34,270 nt of DNA, taken from a bacterium. GTDB taxonomy: Bacteria; Zhuqueibacterota; Zhuqueibacteria; Zhuqueibacterales; Zhuqueibacteraceae. Positions 8,737 through 18,554 of this stretch are shown here, piece after piece. Under the pieces are notes generated by a model. That model searched no databases and was not told the origin of the DNA. It saw only the letters and a program-made list of their open reading frames with translations. Where the stretch lies: NCBI GenBank assembly GCA_044869275.1, contig JBIOXB010000148.1, positions 1 through 34,270 of the forward strand. The letters run 5' to 3'. The position numbers and the translations under genes were made by a program. Within the stretch, counting starts at the first letter, position 1; every line of letters begins with the position of its first letter.

Positions 8737-9960
8737 ATGAGCTCGCTACGGATTTTGATGTACTGCCATGACCGGTCAGGACTTAGCCACACCATGCGCA
8801 CCATGATGATGGCTTCATATCTTGCCGAAAATCTGGCGGACTGTTCGATTCTAGTATTGACGGATCTTTCTATTATTGGCCGCTTCAAATTCCCGGAAAA
8901 CGTCGATTACGTTCACCTGCCGGGAATTGCCAGTAAATACAATTCACATCAGTATTCCGGCAACCTGAATATTGAACTGGACGAAACGTTGACCATCCGC
9001 CGCAAGATCACCAAAAGCGCAGCCAAGACTTTTCAACCGGACTTTTTCATTGTCGAGCGAGAACCCTTTGGACTGCAGGAAGAAATGTGTCGGCTGCTGT
9101 CGTTTGTGCGAGAACATTTGCCGAAGACCAAGCTGATTTGGGGTTTGTCCGATGTCATTGGTGATCCGGAGATGATACGTCGCGATTGGAATCGCGAGGG
9201 CTTTTATCGCATGCTGGAGCAGTATTGCGACGAAATCTGGATCTATGGGGCGCAAGAAATATTTGATCAAGTCCGCAATTACCAAATACCGGCGTCCGTT
9301 GCGAGCAAGTATTACTACACCGGGTATTTGCGGCCACCGCGCGAGGCTTCGCCCCGGGTTCATAAAGACATCGTCGGGTTGAAGCAAAATAAGAAACCGT
9401 ATGTGCTGATCACGGCAGGCAGTGGGGCGCAGGGGGTTGCCCTCATCGATAATTACCTCCGTTCGCTCGAACGCACCGGCGATGCGGGGCCCTTTCAGAG
9501 CTTGATCGTCACCGGACCGATGATGCAAACTCGTGATAAACTCTTGCTCAAGGAACGTGCACATAAATTGCCAGGCGTTATTTTTCACGGTTTCAGCAAG
9601 CATGTTCTGCAGTACGTGAAACATGCTCATTTGGTGATCTGTAACGGAGGTTATAATGCCCTTTGCGAAATTCTGTCCTATCGCAAAAAGGCGATTTTTG
9701 CCCCCCCGCTCGCTCCTCCCAATGAGCATTTGCTCCGTGCCGAGATTTTTCAAAAACTCGGCGCGATTCAGCGTCTGCACCCGAGAGAATTGTCGGCGGA
9801 GCGCCTGAGCGAGATGGTGCAGTCGGGCTTGTTCGGCGGCCCCGAATTGACTACGCCTCCGGTCGAGGTACGAATACCTCTCGATGGGCTGGATAAGATT
9901 GTTGCGCGCATTGAAACTCTCGGTGGGCGGAAGTTTCGAGTCTTGCGCCAAGCAGTTTGA
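8737..9960 (+). CDS. Predicted glycosyltransferase (COG4671/GT28-like, GT-B fold), divergent copy
   Basis: RILMYCHDRSGLSH, YYTGYLR, LIVTGPMM and GGYNALCEILS motifs; paralogous to 10058-11248. Confidence 0.85.
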   Translation: MSSLRILMYCHDRSGLSHTMRTMMMASYLAENLADCSILVLTDLSIIGRFKFPENVDYVHLPGIASKYNSHQYSGNLNIELDETLTIRRKITKSAAKTFQPDFFIVEREPFGLQEEMCRLLSFVREHLPKTKLIWGLSDVIGDPEMIRRDWNREGFYRMLEQYCDEIWIYGAQEIFDQVRNYQIPASVASKYYYTGYLRPPREASPRVHKDIVGLKQNKKPYVLITAGSGAQGVALIDNYLRSLERTGDAGPFQSLIVTGPMMQTRDKLLLKERAHKLPGVIFHGFSKHVLQYVKHAHLVICNGGYNALCEILSYRKKAIFAPPLAPPNEHLLRAEIFQKLGAIQRLHPRELSAERLSEMVQSGLFGGPELTTPPVEVRIPLDGLDKIVARIETLGGRKFRVLRQAV

Positions 9961-10057
9961 GCAGAGGCTTTTGCTCAAAAAGAACGAAGAGTGGCGGCTC
10001 GCTGCCATTCAACGTGTTCGATACCAGATAGAATGAGATAACTTCACGAGAGCTTTC

Positions 10058-11248
10058 ATGATGCGCACCTCGGTTGTGAAGATATTGATTTACTCTCAAG
10101 ACGGCTTTGGATTGGGCCATTTGCGGCGCAATCTCAATATCTGCCTTCAAATTATAAAACGCTGTCCTCGTGCCTCCATCCTGATTATTGCGGACTCCCC
10201 GGTGGCGCCTTTTTTCAAGCTGCCGGCCCAGTGTGATTTTATCAAGATACCGACCATCGTGAAGGTTGATACCGGAATCTGGCGGCCGAACCGTCTTCCC
10301 ATGAATTATCGAGAGGTGTTGAAAATCCGCTCTGAGATCATTCGGAGTGCGGCCTTGGGCTTTCGACCGCACTTTTTTTTAGTGGATCATATGCCGCATG
10401 GGGCTTTGGGGGAATTGGCCGGACCGTTGCAGGCGCTGAAAGAGCAGTGCCCGGAGACCAAAATCGTTTTGGGCCTGCGAGACATACTGGGTGCACCCGA
10501 GACCATTCAAAAACAATGGAAAAGTGAAGGGGCTTTTGAAGCGGCCACGGCTTTTTATGATCATGTGTGTATTTACGGATGCGCCGATGTTTTTGAGTCA
10601 ACCGATGAATACCAATTCCCGGCGGAGCTGGTTGCCAAAACACAATACTGCGGCTATGTCTGCCGCGACGACGTCAATACGCCTCCCGAAAGTGGTTTTT
10701 TGAAAAATTTCTTTCCAGAGCCCCGTGAAAAATTTGTTTTGGTCACCGGAGGAGGCGGCGCTGATGCCAGCTACTTTATGGATTCTTTCCTGGATGCGGT
10801 TCGTCTGCTGGCCCCACAAGCATCTTTTAATGCCTTGGTCTCGACTGGTCCTTTCATGCACGAAGAACAGCGCCAGCTTCTTACTCAAAAGGCCAAAGGT
10901 CTCCCGGTCACCGTCACCAAATTGGGGCAGGACAGCCTACGCTTTCTCCGGCGCGCCGATCTGGTCATCTCGATGGCCGGGTACAACACCATTTCTGAAA
11001 TCATGCGGTTTCGCAAGAAGGCCATCATTATTCCCCGCCCGGGGCCAAGCGCGGAGCAAACCATGCGGTGCCGCATCATGACCGGGCGCGGTTTGTTCGA
11101 CACTATTCACCTGCAAGATTTGGCCGCGGAGAGTCTGGCCGAGCACATTGCACACAAGCTCGAGAATGGCAGCGGAATGAACGAAACGATGATTCCGGAT
11201 TTAAATGGTGCCTCGAAAGCAGCCGCGTTGATGTTATCCGCGCTCTAA
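10058..11248 (+). CDS. Predicted glycosyltransferase (COG4671/GT28-like, GT-B fold)
   Basis: IYSQDGFGLGHLRR, LVDHMPHG, GLRDIL, VTGGGGAD, TGPFM, SMAGYNTISE and PR...EQ motifs. Confidence 0.88.
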   Translation: MMRTSVVKILIYSQDGFGLGHLRRNLNICLQIIKRCPRASILIIADSPVAPFFKLPAQCDFIKIPTIVKVDTGIWRPNRLPMNYREVLKIRSEIIRSAALGFRPHFFLVDHMPHGALGELAGPLQALKEQCPETKIVLGLRDILGAPETIQKQWKSEGAFEAATAFYDHVCIYGCADVFESTDEYQFPAELVAKTQYCGYVCRDDVNTPPESGFLKNFFPEPREKFVLVTGGGGADASYFMDSFLDAVRLLAPQASFNALVSTGPFMHEEQRQLLTQKAKGLPVTVTKLGQDSLRFLRRADLVISMAGYNTISEIMRFRKKAIIIPRPGPSAEQTMRCRIMTGRGLFDTIHLQDLAAESLAEHIAHKLENGSGMNETMIPDLNGASKAAALMLSAL

Positions 11249-11314
11249 TGTGGATCGTGAAGCATCTGTCTAAAACACGTCGTGGTTTTTTTTATTCTGG
11301 CAAGGAAAGTTTTC

Positions 11315-11779
11315 ATGTACGAGCTCACTGGGTTCAATGATTTCAAAGCCGGGCAAAAAGTAAAAATGAAAGGGAGGCAGGGTGAAAGTGGTGCGTTTGT
11401 GGCGCAGGCGATCACCTTAAACGACTCTGCAGATCAGGCCGTAATTGAGGGCTTGATCCAAAGCATTGCATATGAAAAAAACACCCTACGCATCCTTGAT
11501 TGCGAAATCGCATTGCCAGGCAGTATCGTAATCAAAGATTTGCTGCGCAATTCCATCGCTTTGAAGGACCTAAAGACCGGAGACCGGGTGAAGCTCATCG
11601 GCGAGTATTTGGAGTCCAAACGATTTGTGCCGGAGAAAATCAAGATGAAAGAAACCGCTGGCTTCAGCGTCGCGGAATTGCAGGGCGTGATCGACAGGAT
11701 TGATCTTGAGAAAAAGATATTGGAAGTGCTCGGGTTTGCGGTTGCCGTTGATGAAAAGACCAGGTTTTACGGCGGCTGA
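11315..11779 (+). CDS. DUF5666-like beta-repeat protein without signal peptide
   Basis: Repeated units KAGQKVKMKG..FVAQAI, IEGLIQSI, LKTGDRVKLIG..FVPEKI and LQGVIDRID..VLGFAVAVDEKT. AAGGA upstream of ATG 11315. Similar to 33381-33968. Confidence 0.7.
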   Translation: MYELTGFNDFKAGQKVKMKGRQGESGAFVAQAITLNDSADQAVIEGLIQSIAYEKNTLRILDCEIALPGSIVIKDLLRNSIALKDLKTGDRVKLIGEYLESKRFVPEKIKMKETAGFSVAELQGVIDRIDLEKKILEVLGFAVAVDEKTRFYGG

Positions 11780-11892
11780 AAAGTGAAAGTTGGGTTTCGG
11801 CAATTCACGGCGAATCCACATTCACCTCCCATACACCAGACACGAGGAGCTGCTTCATTTCAGACGAGCCACAAACATCAAGGAACTGCAAC

Positions 11893-13002
11893 ATGGCCGT
11901 GGCAACGATGCCTTATGTGCGCGAGGGCGATGATGCGGTGCTTGCCATCGAAAACGCACTGGATAAAGATCGAATGGAAGCCGTTTTCGCTGCGAAGCTC
12001 AAGCAACGCTTTGGAAATAATTTGCAAATCAATGGCTTGCGCCTCGAAGTCATTCAGCGCCATACCTACCGGTGCGTGCTGCGCTACCATATCGACGCTT
12101 TTGATCCAGATCGGGCTAGAGAGCTGCAATGGCGGGTGATCGGCAAAGTACTCAAAGTCGAACTTGGGGAAATGCTGTTCGACAGTATGCGGCAACTTTG
12201 GAGGAATGGTTTCTCCCGATCTGCCGCAGACGGTATCTGCATACCGGAGCCACTTGAGTTCATGCCCTCCCTCTCCATGCTCTTGCAGGAAGAAGTGCCG
12301 GGGGTGTCGGTCAAAATGCTTTTGAAACAATCGGCACAAAAGGAACACTTTCGCCAGTTGGCCCGCGCCCTGGCGAAACTGCACAAGTGTCCGATCGTTC
12401 CCAACCGGTCATTCAGAGTGAGAGAGCATCTGCTGCGATGTCATCCGGCGCACGAATTTCTGGCCCTATCCTGTCCGGAATTGAGCGGGCCAATCAATGA
12501 TCTTGTCGCGCAGGCTTATGAGATCGAGGCGGCGTTGGGTGATATCGAGCTCGCGCCGGTGCACGCTGATTTTCATCTCGGTCAGGTGCACGTGGAGAAC
12601 GGCCGGGCCTGGCTCATCGATTTCGATGTGCTGAGTTACGGCGATCCCGCTACCGATCTGGGGAATCTGTTGGTGTTTTTGAAAAGCAAAGTCAGGACGA
12701 ATTCTGAGATGGCCGGTATGATTGAGGCGTTTCTTGAGGAATACTTCTCCTTGATGGATCGCAGCATCGCCGCCAGGATTCCGCTTTATGAAGGGTTGAG
12801 CTATTTGCGCCGCGCCTGCAAGTGCTTCCGCTTGCAAGCCGACGATTGGCGGGAAAAAGCCGCGGAGTTGGTGGAACAAGGCGTTGCTGCCCTCAACCTC
12901 ATGAGGTCGCAGAGCCGGCGGGAACATCGGCGTGGCCTTTTGATCGATGACGCGGTGGCGGAGTTGATCAACGGTGAGGTTCATGACGGGGTTCGCGGAT
13001 GA
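11893..13002 (+). CDS. Aminoglycoside/choline kinase (APH)-fold phosphotransferase with catalytic Asp retained
   Basis: VIGKV lysine, catalytic loop HADFHLGQV (12562), IDFD and GDPATDLG. AAGGA RBS. Stop overlaps the start of the next gene. Confidence 0.88.
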   Translation: MAVATMPYVREGDDAVLAIENALDKDRMEAVFAAKLKQRFGNNLQINGLRLEVIQRHTYRCVLRYHIDAFDPDRARELQWRVIGKVLKVELGEMLFDSMRQLWRNGFSRSAADGICIPEPLEFMPSLSMLLQEEVPGVSVKMLLKQSAQKEHFRQLARALAKLHKCPIVPNRSFRVREHLLRCHPAHEFLALSCPELSGPINDLVAQAYEIEAALGDIELAPVHADFHLGQVHVENGRAWLIDFDVLSYGDPATDLGNLLVFLKSKVRTNSEMAGMIEAFLEEYFSLMDRSIAARIPLYEGLSYLRRACKCFRLQADDWREKAAELVEQGVAALNLMRSQSRREHRRGLLIDDAVAELINGEVHDGVRG

Positions 13003-14954
13003 TGGGCCTGTTCAACAACCTCTCAAAATTGCGCCGGATAGATGGAAAGGATGAGCGCGAAAAGCTCAATTTCAACGGGCTGGTCAGGATTTACACAGTG
13101 TTCGGCCAGCATTACAGAAAATATTGGAAAATCCTCACCGGGGCTTATTTGGGCTTGTTTGCGGCCATTGGCGTGACGGTGTTGGCGCCATGGCCGCTCA
13201 AGTTGATTTTGGATCACCTCATTCTGAAGCAACCGCTGCCGGAAACCTTTTCTTTTCTGAACCCGCTCTACACCGGCAACCCCAAGCTGCTCCTGCTGTT
13301 GCTCGCGCTGTCAATTATCGTCATTGCGTTTTTGGAAGCAACCTTCTCGTACTTCAACAAGTTTTGGATTTCCGCCACCGGCGATCGTATGAGCGCGGAT
13401 ATTCGCGAGCGGGTGTTCTCGCATCTGCAAAGGCTGTCCTTGTCTTTTCACGAATCGCTCCAATCCGGCAATCTGATTTATCTCTTGACTGCCGACGTGA
13501 AAGAGATGAAAAAGGTGCTGGTCGATTTTCCGCAGGATTTGACCAATCGCGTCGTGAGCTTTGCGGTTTATGCCGGCTTGATGCTGGCGCTGGACTGGCG
13601 CCTCGGCCTCGTCGGGCTGTGTACGATGCCGCTGATTTATTTTTTCACCAAATATTTCGGCGGCGGCATGAGAACGGCCATTGCCGACAAGCGCAAGCAC
13701 GAAGGCAAAGTGGCTGCCATCATTGCCGAAAATGTCGCCGCCATGGCCTTGGTGCAGGCTTATGGCCGGGAGGAAACGGAACGCGCCCGCTTCAGCCTGG
13801 GCAATCAGGAAAGCTTGAAGGCCCAACTTCGCGCCCTGAGCCTGAGCCGGACGTTTGCACGCATTGTTGAGTTCTTGGTGGCCTTGAGCGCCGCGGGCGT
13901 GCTTTACTTTGGCGGCCGTTATGCGCTCGCCGGCGGCCTGCTGCCGGGAACACTGGTGGTGTTCATGGCTTACATGCGCGACATCTACGGCATCTTCGAG
14001 AAGTTCAGCGAGCTTTTTCTCGGCATGGCGAAATCGCAAGTCTCGGGCGAACGGTTGCTGGAGCTGGTCGAAAACGACATGATCGTGCAGGATGCTCCGG
14101 ACGCCGTGCCGGCGCCGCCTTTCCACGGCCGCATCGAATTTAAGAACGTCAGCTTTGCTTACAAAAAAGGCCATGAGGTGTTAAAGAATCTGAATTTTAT
14201 CGTGGCGCCTGGAGAAACCGTGGCGCTGGTCGGCCATAGCGGCGCGGGGAAATCCACGCTCATCAGCTTGCTGCTGCGCTTTTATGATCCGCAGCAAGGG
14301 CAAATTTTGATCGACGGCCACGATCTCCGCAAATTCACCCTCAAATCTTTGCGCGACCAAATGACGATCATTTTGCAGGAGGCGAAACTGTTTCGCCAAA
14401 CGGTGCGCGAGAATATTGCCTTCGGCAAAGCCGGCGCGACCGAAGACGAAACGATCGCAGCGGCAAAGCTGGCCAAGGCGCACGATTTCATCGTGCGCAT
14501 GCCCGAGGGCTACGACACCATGATGTACGAAGGCGGCGACAATCTCTCCGGCGGCCAGAAACAGCGCATCAACATCGCCCGCGCCATCATTCGCAACACG
14601 CCGCTGATGATTCTCGACGAGCCGGTGACGGGTTTGGATGCACGCGCCGAAGCGCAGATCAACGCGGCGATCCACCGGCTCACGCGCGGCAAGACGACGT
14701 TCATCATCGCCCACAGATTTACCACCGTTGCCGCCGCTGAAAAAATTCTTTTGCTGGAAGAGGGCCAGCTGGCGCATTACGGCGCGCACGAGCAGCTCAT
14801 GCGCGAAAGCCCGCAGTATCGCGAGCTGTATGAATTGCAATTCGGCTGGCAAAAAGAGCCGGCGGCAGGCGAGGTCGCTTCCGGCGGAAAGAATGGGCAA
14901 ATCGAATCGCAGGATGTGGCACCGTTCGCCGTTACACCTTTAAGCGTGGGATGA
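12999..14954 (+). CDS. ABC exporter, fused permease/ATPase (MsbA-like), copy 1
   Basis: Transmembrane domain, then Walker A GHSGAGKS, signature LSGGQKQR, Walker B ILDEP and H-loop IAHR. Confidence 0.95.
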   Translation: MMGLFNNLSKLRRIDGKDEREKLNFNGLVRIYTVFGQHYRKYWKILTGAYLGLFAAIGVTVLAPWPLKLILDHLILKQPLPETFSFLNPLYTGNPKLLLLLLALSIIVIAFLEATFSYFNKFWISATGDRMSADIRERVFSHLQRLSLSFHESLQSGNLIYLLTADVKEMKKVLVDFPQDLTNRVVSFAVYAGLMLALDWRLGLVGLCTMPLIYFFTKYFGGGMRTAIADKRKHEGKVAAIIAENVAAMALVQAYGREETERARFSLGNQESLKAQLRALSLSRTFARIVEFLVALSAAGVLYFGGRYALAGGLLPGTLVVFMAYMRDIYGIFEKFSELFLGMAKSQVSGERLLELVENDMIVQDAPDAVPAPPFHGRIEFKNVSFAYKKGHEVLKNLNFIVAPGETVALVGHSGAGKSTLISLLLRFYDPQQGQILIDGHDLRKFTLKSLRDQMTIILQEAKLFRQTVRENIAFGKAGATEDETIAAAKLAKAHDFIVRMPEGYDTMMYEGGDNLSGGQKQRINIARAIIRNTPLMILDEPVTGLDARAEAQINAAIHRLTRGKTTFIIAHRFTTVAAAEKILLLEEGQLAHYGAHEQLMRESPQYRELYELQFGWQKEPAAGEVASGGKNGQIESQDVAPFAVTPLSVG

Positions 14955-15013
14955 TCAGAGACCATAACGCCGGAAGGCGCCAAGATGAGCTCACGTAACA
15001 CCGAGACACTTTG

Positions 15014-16933
15014 ATGAGCAGCAAGGAACGATCCCAAACCTCCAAATCAAGGGCAGAGCGCAAGCGCGTCAGCTTTCACACGCTCGTCCGATTGTACAAA
15101 GTATTCGGACGCCATTACAAAAAACACTGGAAACTCTTTGCCAGGGTGTATTCCGGCTTGCTGCTCACCATTCTTATTGCGCTGCTCATTCCGTGGCCGC
15201 TGAAGCTCATTTTGGATTATGTCATTCTGAAAAATCCGCTGCCGGAACAGGCAGCTTTTGTCACCTCATGGCTCGGCACCGATCCGCTCGTTCTGCTCGC
15301 GGCGCTGGCGCTGGCGTTCTTGCTGCTGCGGGTTTTCGAGAGCCTCGCCAACTCGGTGCACAAAGTCGGGCTGCTCAGCGCCGGCGAGATGATCGCCACC
15401 GATATTCGCGAGCGCGTCTTCATTCATTTGCAACGGCTGTCGTTGTCTTTCCAAAAGACGGCGCGCTCGGGCGACCTGATTTACCGGCTGACCTCGGACA
15501 TCGACGATACGAAAACGATCCTCGTGCAGTTGCCGGACAATTTCGTCTACCGCCTCGTCATGGTTTTCAGCCACATGGGCTTGATGCTGGTGCTGGAATG
15601 GCGGCTGGCTGTGCTTGCGTTTAGCATCATCCCGATTCTGTACTTTATCAATCGGCGCATGGGCAGCGACGTGAAAGAGGCCACGGCGAAGAAACGCAGC
15701 AAGGAAACCGAGGTCAGCTCGATCATTGCGGAAAACGTCACCGCGATGGCGCTGGTGCAAGCGTATGGCCGTGAAGATTTGCAGCAGGCCCGTTTTGCCT
15801 CGGAGAATCGCGAAAGCCTGCATTCGGAAATTGAAGCGCGGCGGCTCGCCAAGCTGTTCAAGCGCATCAGCGACAACCTGGCCGCGCTCGGCACGTGCGC
15901 GGTCGTCGGTTATGGCGGCCTGCTGGCGTTGGAGGGCTTGCTTTTGCCGGGTACCCTCGTCCTGTTTGTGGCGTATCTGCGGAATCTTTATCGCCCGATC
16001 GACAAGTTCGCCGAGATGATCCTCGACGTGGCGAAAGCGCAGGTTGCCGGCGAGCGGCTTTTGGATTTGGTGGAATGCGACATGGTGATGCAAGATGCGC
16101 CGAACGCCACGCCGGCGACGTCGTGCAACGGAGGCGTCGAATTTCGGGAGGTGAGTTTTGGCTATCGTCCGGGCGTCGAAGTTTTGAGAAATCTCAGTTT
16201 CGTCGCCGAGCCGGGAGAAACCGTGGCCCTGGTCGGCCACAGCGGCGCCGGCAAATCGACCCTGATCAGCTTGCTCCTGCGTTTCTACGATCCGCAAAAA
16301 GGGCAAATTCTGATCGAGGGCCGCGATCTGCGTGAAATCACCCTCAAATCGCTGCGGGATCAGGTGACCATTTTGATGCAAGATGCCACCCTGTTCCACA
16401 AAACCGTCCGCGAAAACATCGGCTTCGGCAAGGCCGACGCTACCGACGAGGAAATCATCCGCGCCGCCAAGCTGGCGCACGCGCACGATTTCATCGTGCA
16501 AATGCCGGAAGGCTATGACACCGTGATTGAAGAACGCGGCGAGAACCTTTCCGGCGGCCAGAGACAGCGCCTCAACATCGCGCGCGCCATCATTCGCAAT
16601 ACGCCGATATTGATCTTGGATGAGCCCGCCACCGCGTTGGACGCCAAGGCTGAGGCTAAAATTCATGAAGCTCTGCAGGAGCTGACGGAGAGGAAGACGA
16701 CGTTTATCATCGCGCATAGATTTTCCACCATTGCCAACGCGGACAAAATTTTGTTGCTGGAAGAAGGCAAGCTTACCGCGTATGGCAAGCACGAGGAATT
16801 GCTGCGCACCAATCGGGAATACCGCGAGCTTTACGAACTGCAGCAAAGGCCGCCGCTTGACTTGGCAACCGCTGCCGTCATCGACGAGAGCAACGCCGCG
16901 GTTTTGCGCGAGCAACAAACTTTCGCGAGTTAG
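15014..16933 (+). CDS. ABC exporter, fused permease/ATPase (MsbA-like), copy 2
   Basis: Transmembrane domain, then GHSGAGKS, LSGGQRQR, ILDEPATALD and IAHR; clear paralogue of copy 1. Start is ATG 15014 or TTG 15011. Confidence 0.95.
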   Translation: MSSKERSQTSKSRAERKRVSFHTLVRLYKVFGRHYKKHWKLFARVYSGLLLTILIALLIPWPLKLILDYVILKNPLPEQAAFVTSWLGTDPLVLLAALALAFLLLRVFESLANSVHKVGLLSAGEMIATDIRERVFIHLQRLSLSFQKTARSGDLIYRLTSDIDDTKTILVQLPDNFVYRLVMVFSHMGLMLVLEWRLAVLAFSIIPILYFINRRMGSDVKEATAKKRSKETEVSSIIAENVTAMALVQAYGREDLQQARFASENRESLHSEIEARRLAKLFKRISDNLAALGTCAVVGYGGLLALEGLLLPGTLVLFVAYLRNLYRPIDKFAEMILDVAKAQVAGERLLDLVECDMVMQDAPNATPATSCNGGVEFREVSFGYRPGVEVLRNLSFVAEPGETVALVGHSGAGKSTLISLLLRFYDPQKGQILIEGRDLREITLKSLRDQVTILMQDATLFHKTVRENIGFGKADATDEEIIRAAKLAHAHDFIVQMPEGYDTVIEERGENLSGGQRQRLNIARAIIRNTPILILDEPATALDAKAEAKIHEALQELTERKTTFIIAHRFSTIANADKILLLEEGKLTAYGKHEELLRTNREYRELYELQQRPPLDLATAAVIDESNAAVLREQQTFAS

Positions 16934-17057
16934 CCTCTGCGCTTCGTGCGGACAAACCTTGATCAGGAAGGAAGAGCCGCACGCCAGCACATCGAGCTGT
17001 GGCGATTTTGTTTTACCTCTTGAGCAACTTAGGCACGTGCAACTTTGGAGTATGGAG

Positions 17058-18512
17058 ATGACTGGTCTTGCCTCATCGTACAACGCCGGATCGAATTTGT
17101 TCGATGATCCCGCGCTACCGCATATCCCCACCGTGATGGATGTCGATAAGATGGCGGAACACCTCACGCGGTATTTTCACGCTTCGGGTCTCGCGGCGGG
17201 ATGGGAAGTGTCACACTGTGGAATAGAAAAAGTCTACTACCGGCCGGGCAAGCACTGTGGGGTGCTTTATCGTTTGGCGCTACGTCATTCTTCCGGCAAG
17301 GAAATCGACGAGTGGGTCTTTGGCCGAACCGTGCCACACGGTACCGAAGATGAGCGCTTCGAAGCCGCGGTTGGGGGTTTGAAACAATCTCAAGCGGCGC
17401 ATGATCTCTTGCGATTCATGCCGGCGATCAATCTTTGGCGCGACTTGAACATGATTTTCTGGATTTTTCCGCTGGATCCGAAATTAGCAACCTTGCCGCA
17501 GGTGATCGATCCGGCCTTTGTTCGGCAACAGGTGGAAGCCAATCTCCAGCTTTTAGGCGTGCACCAGAACGGCTCGGAGGCCAAATCGGAAGGATGGCGT
17601 TGCGACGAGGTGCGGTACGATCGCGTCAAATACATGCCGGGCAAACGTTGCGTCTTGCGCTATCATGTGACCCTGGTCGACCCCTCCGGCAAATCGCACG
17701 ACAAGATTTTTTACTGCAAAATTTATCAGGATGCCAGAAGCCGCTACCATTTTGATATGGTGCAGTCGGCTTATCAACAATTGACGGCGCAGACGGGAGC
17801 CATCAACATTCCTCGGCCGCTGCTGCACTTTGACGGTTTGCACGCCTACTGGCAAGAAGAGTGGCAGGGCAACGCCGTTATCGAGGTGATGAACGAATAT
17901 GATTGGCAGGAGTTGTTTCCAAGAATTGCCAACGTGCTGGCGACTTTCCATCGCCATCCCGCCAACGGCTTTGATACGGCTCCGAATCTCGATGCCGTTT
18001 TGGCGACCGCGGAGGAGGACGCGGCAAAGCTTGTCAGACTGCTGCCGCAACAGCAGTCTTTTGCGGCAGAAGTGCTCGAGCATCTCAAAATCGTGAAGCG
18101 AACGGTTTTGGAGAAGCAGGAAATACCTCAAGTTCCGATTCATGGCGCGTGGCGGCTTGAACAAATGTTGGTGCGCGACCACGAGCTGGCGCTGGTGGAT
18201 TTCGACGCTGTGACCATCGGCGATCCGCTTTACGACCTTGCCGAGTTCATCGCCTCTTTACAATTCTTGGAATTGAGCCGCGGCTGGCCCCGCGAGCGCC
18301 TGGCCGCTGCCGCCGAAGCGCTTTATCGCAGTTATGCCGGGCAGGTGCCGTGGTCTTGCGATCGCCGTCGTGTGGCGTGGTACGCGCTGGCCTTTTTGAT
18401 GACCAAATTTTATTCGTCCACCAAAAATCTTGACCGCCAAGCCTTGCCACTACTGGATTTGGCCGGCAAAGCGATTTGCGAAGATTGGCTCAAGATCGTT
18501 GGCGCGGCGTAA
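17058..18512 (+). CDS. APH-fold pseudokinase with duplicated N-lobe-like region
   Basis: Start reassigned to ATG 17058 (GGAG at 17047-17050) because the ORF-track start at 16731 overlaps the ABC gene. Motifs YYRPGKHC, FPLDPKL, KYMPGKRCVLRY, HGAWRLEQ (Asp to Ala), VDFD and GDPLYDLAEF. Confidence 0.8.
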   Translation: MTGLASSYNAGSNLFDDPALPHIPTVMDVDKMAEHLTRYFHASGLAAGWEVSHCGIEKVYYRPGKHCGVLYRLALRHSSGKEIDEWVFGRTVPHGTEDERFEAAVGGLKQSQAAHDLLRFMPAINLWRDLNMIFWIFPLDPKLATLPQVIDPAFVRQQVEANLQLLGVHQNGSEAKSEGWRCDEVRYDRVKYMPGKRCVLRYHVTLVDPSGKSHDKIFYCKIYQDARSRYHFDMVQSAYQQLTAQTGAINIPRPLLHFDGLHAYWQEEWQGNAVIEVMNEYDWQELFPRIANVLATFHRHPANGFDTAPNLDAVLATAEEDAAKLVRLLPQQQSFAAEVLEHLKIVKRTVLEKQEIPQVPIHGAWRLEQMLVRDHELALVDFDAVTIGDPLYDLAEFIASLQFLELSRGWPRERLAAAAEALYRSYAGQVPWSCDRRRVAWYALAFLMTKFYSSTKNLDRQALPLLDLAGKAICEDWLKIVGAA

Positions 18513-18554
18513 GCCGCAATCGCCTTTGACTCCCCAAACGAATGAAGAATTGTT

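Noticed and set aside
8418..8888. 156-aa minus-strand ORF in the leader region
   Set aside because: It overlaps the start of the GT gene on the opposite strand and has no recognisable motif.
16731..17057. N-terminal extension of the 593-aa ORF
   Set aside because: It overlaps the ABC gene in another frame. An RBS-supported ATG at 17058 gives a length matching the paralogue.
15266..17167. Long minus-strand ORFs (633 aa here; also 8944-10008, 18585-19625, 21877-23031, 25664-26827, 30335-31318 and others)
   Set aside because: They lie antisense to well-supported + strand genes and show no recognisable motifs, as expected for shadow ORFs in GC-rich coding DNA.
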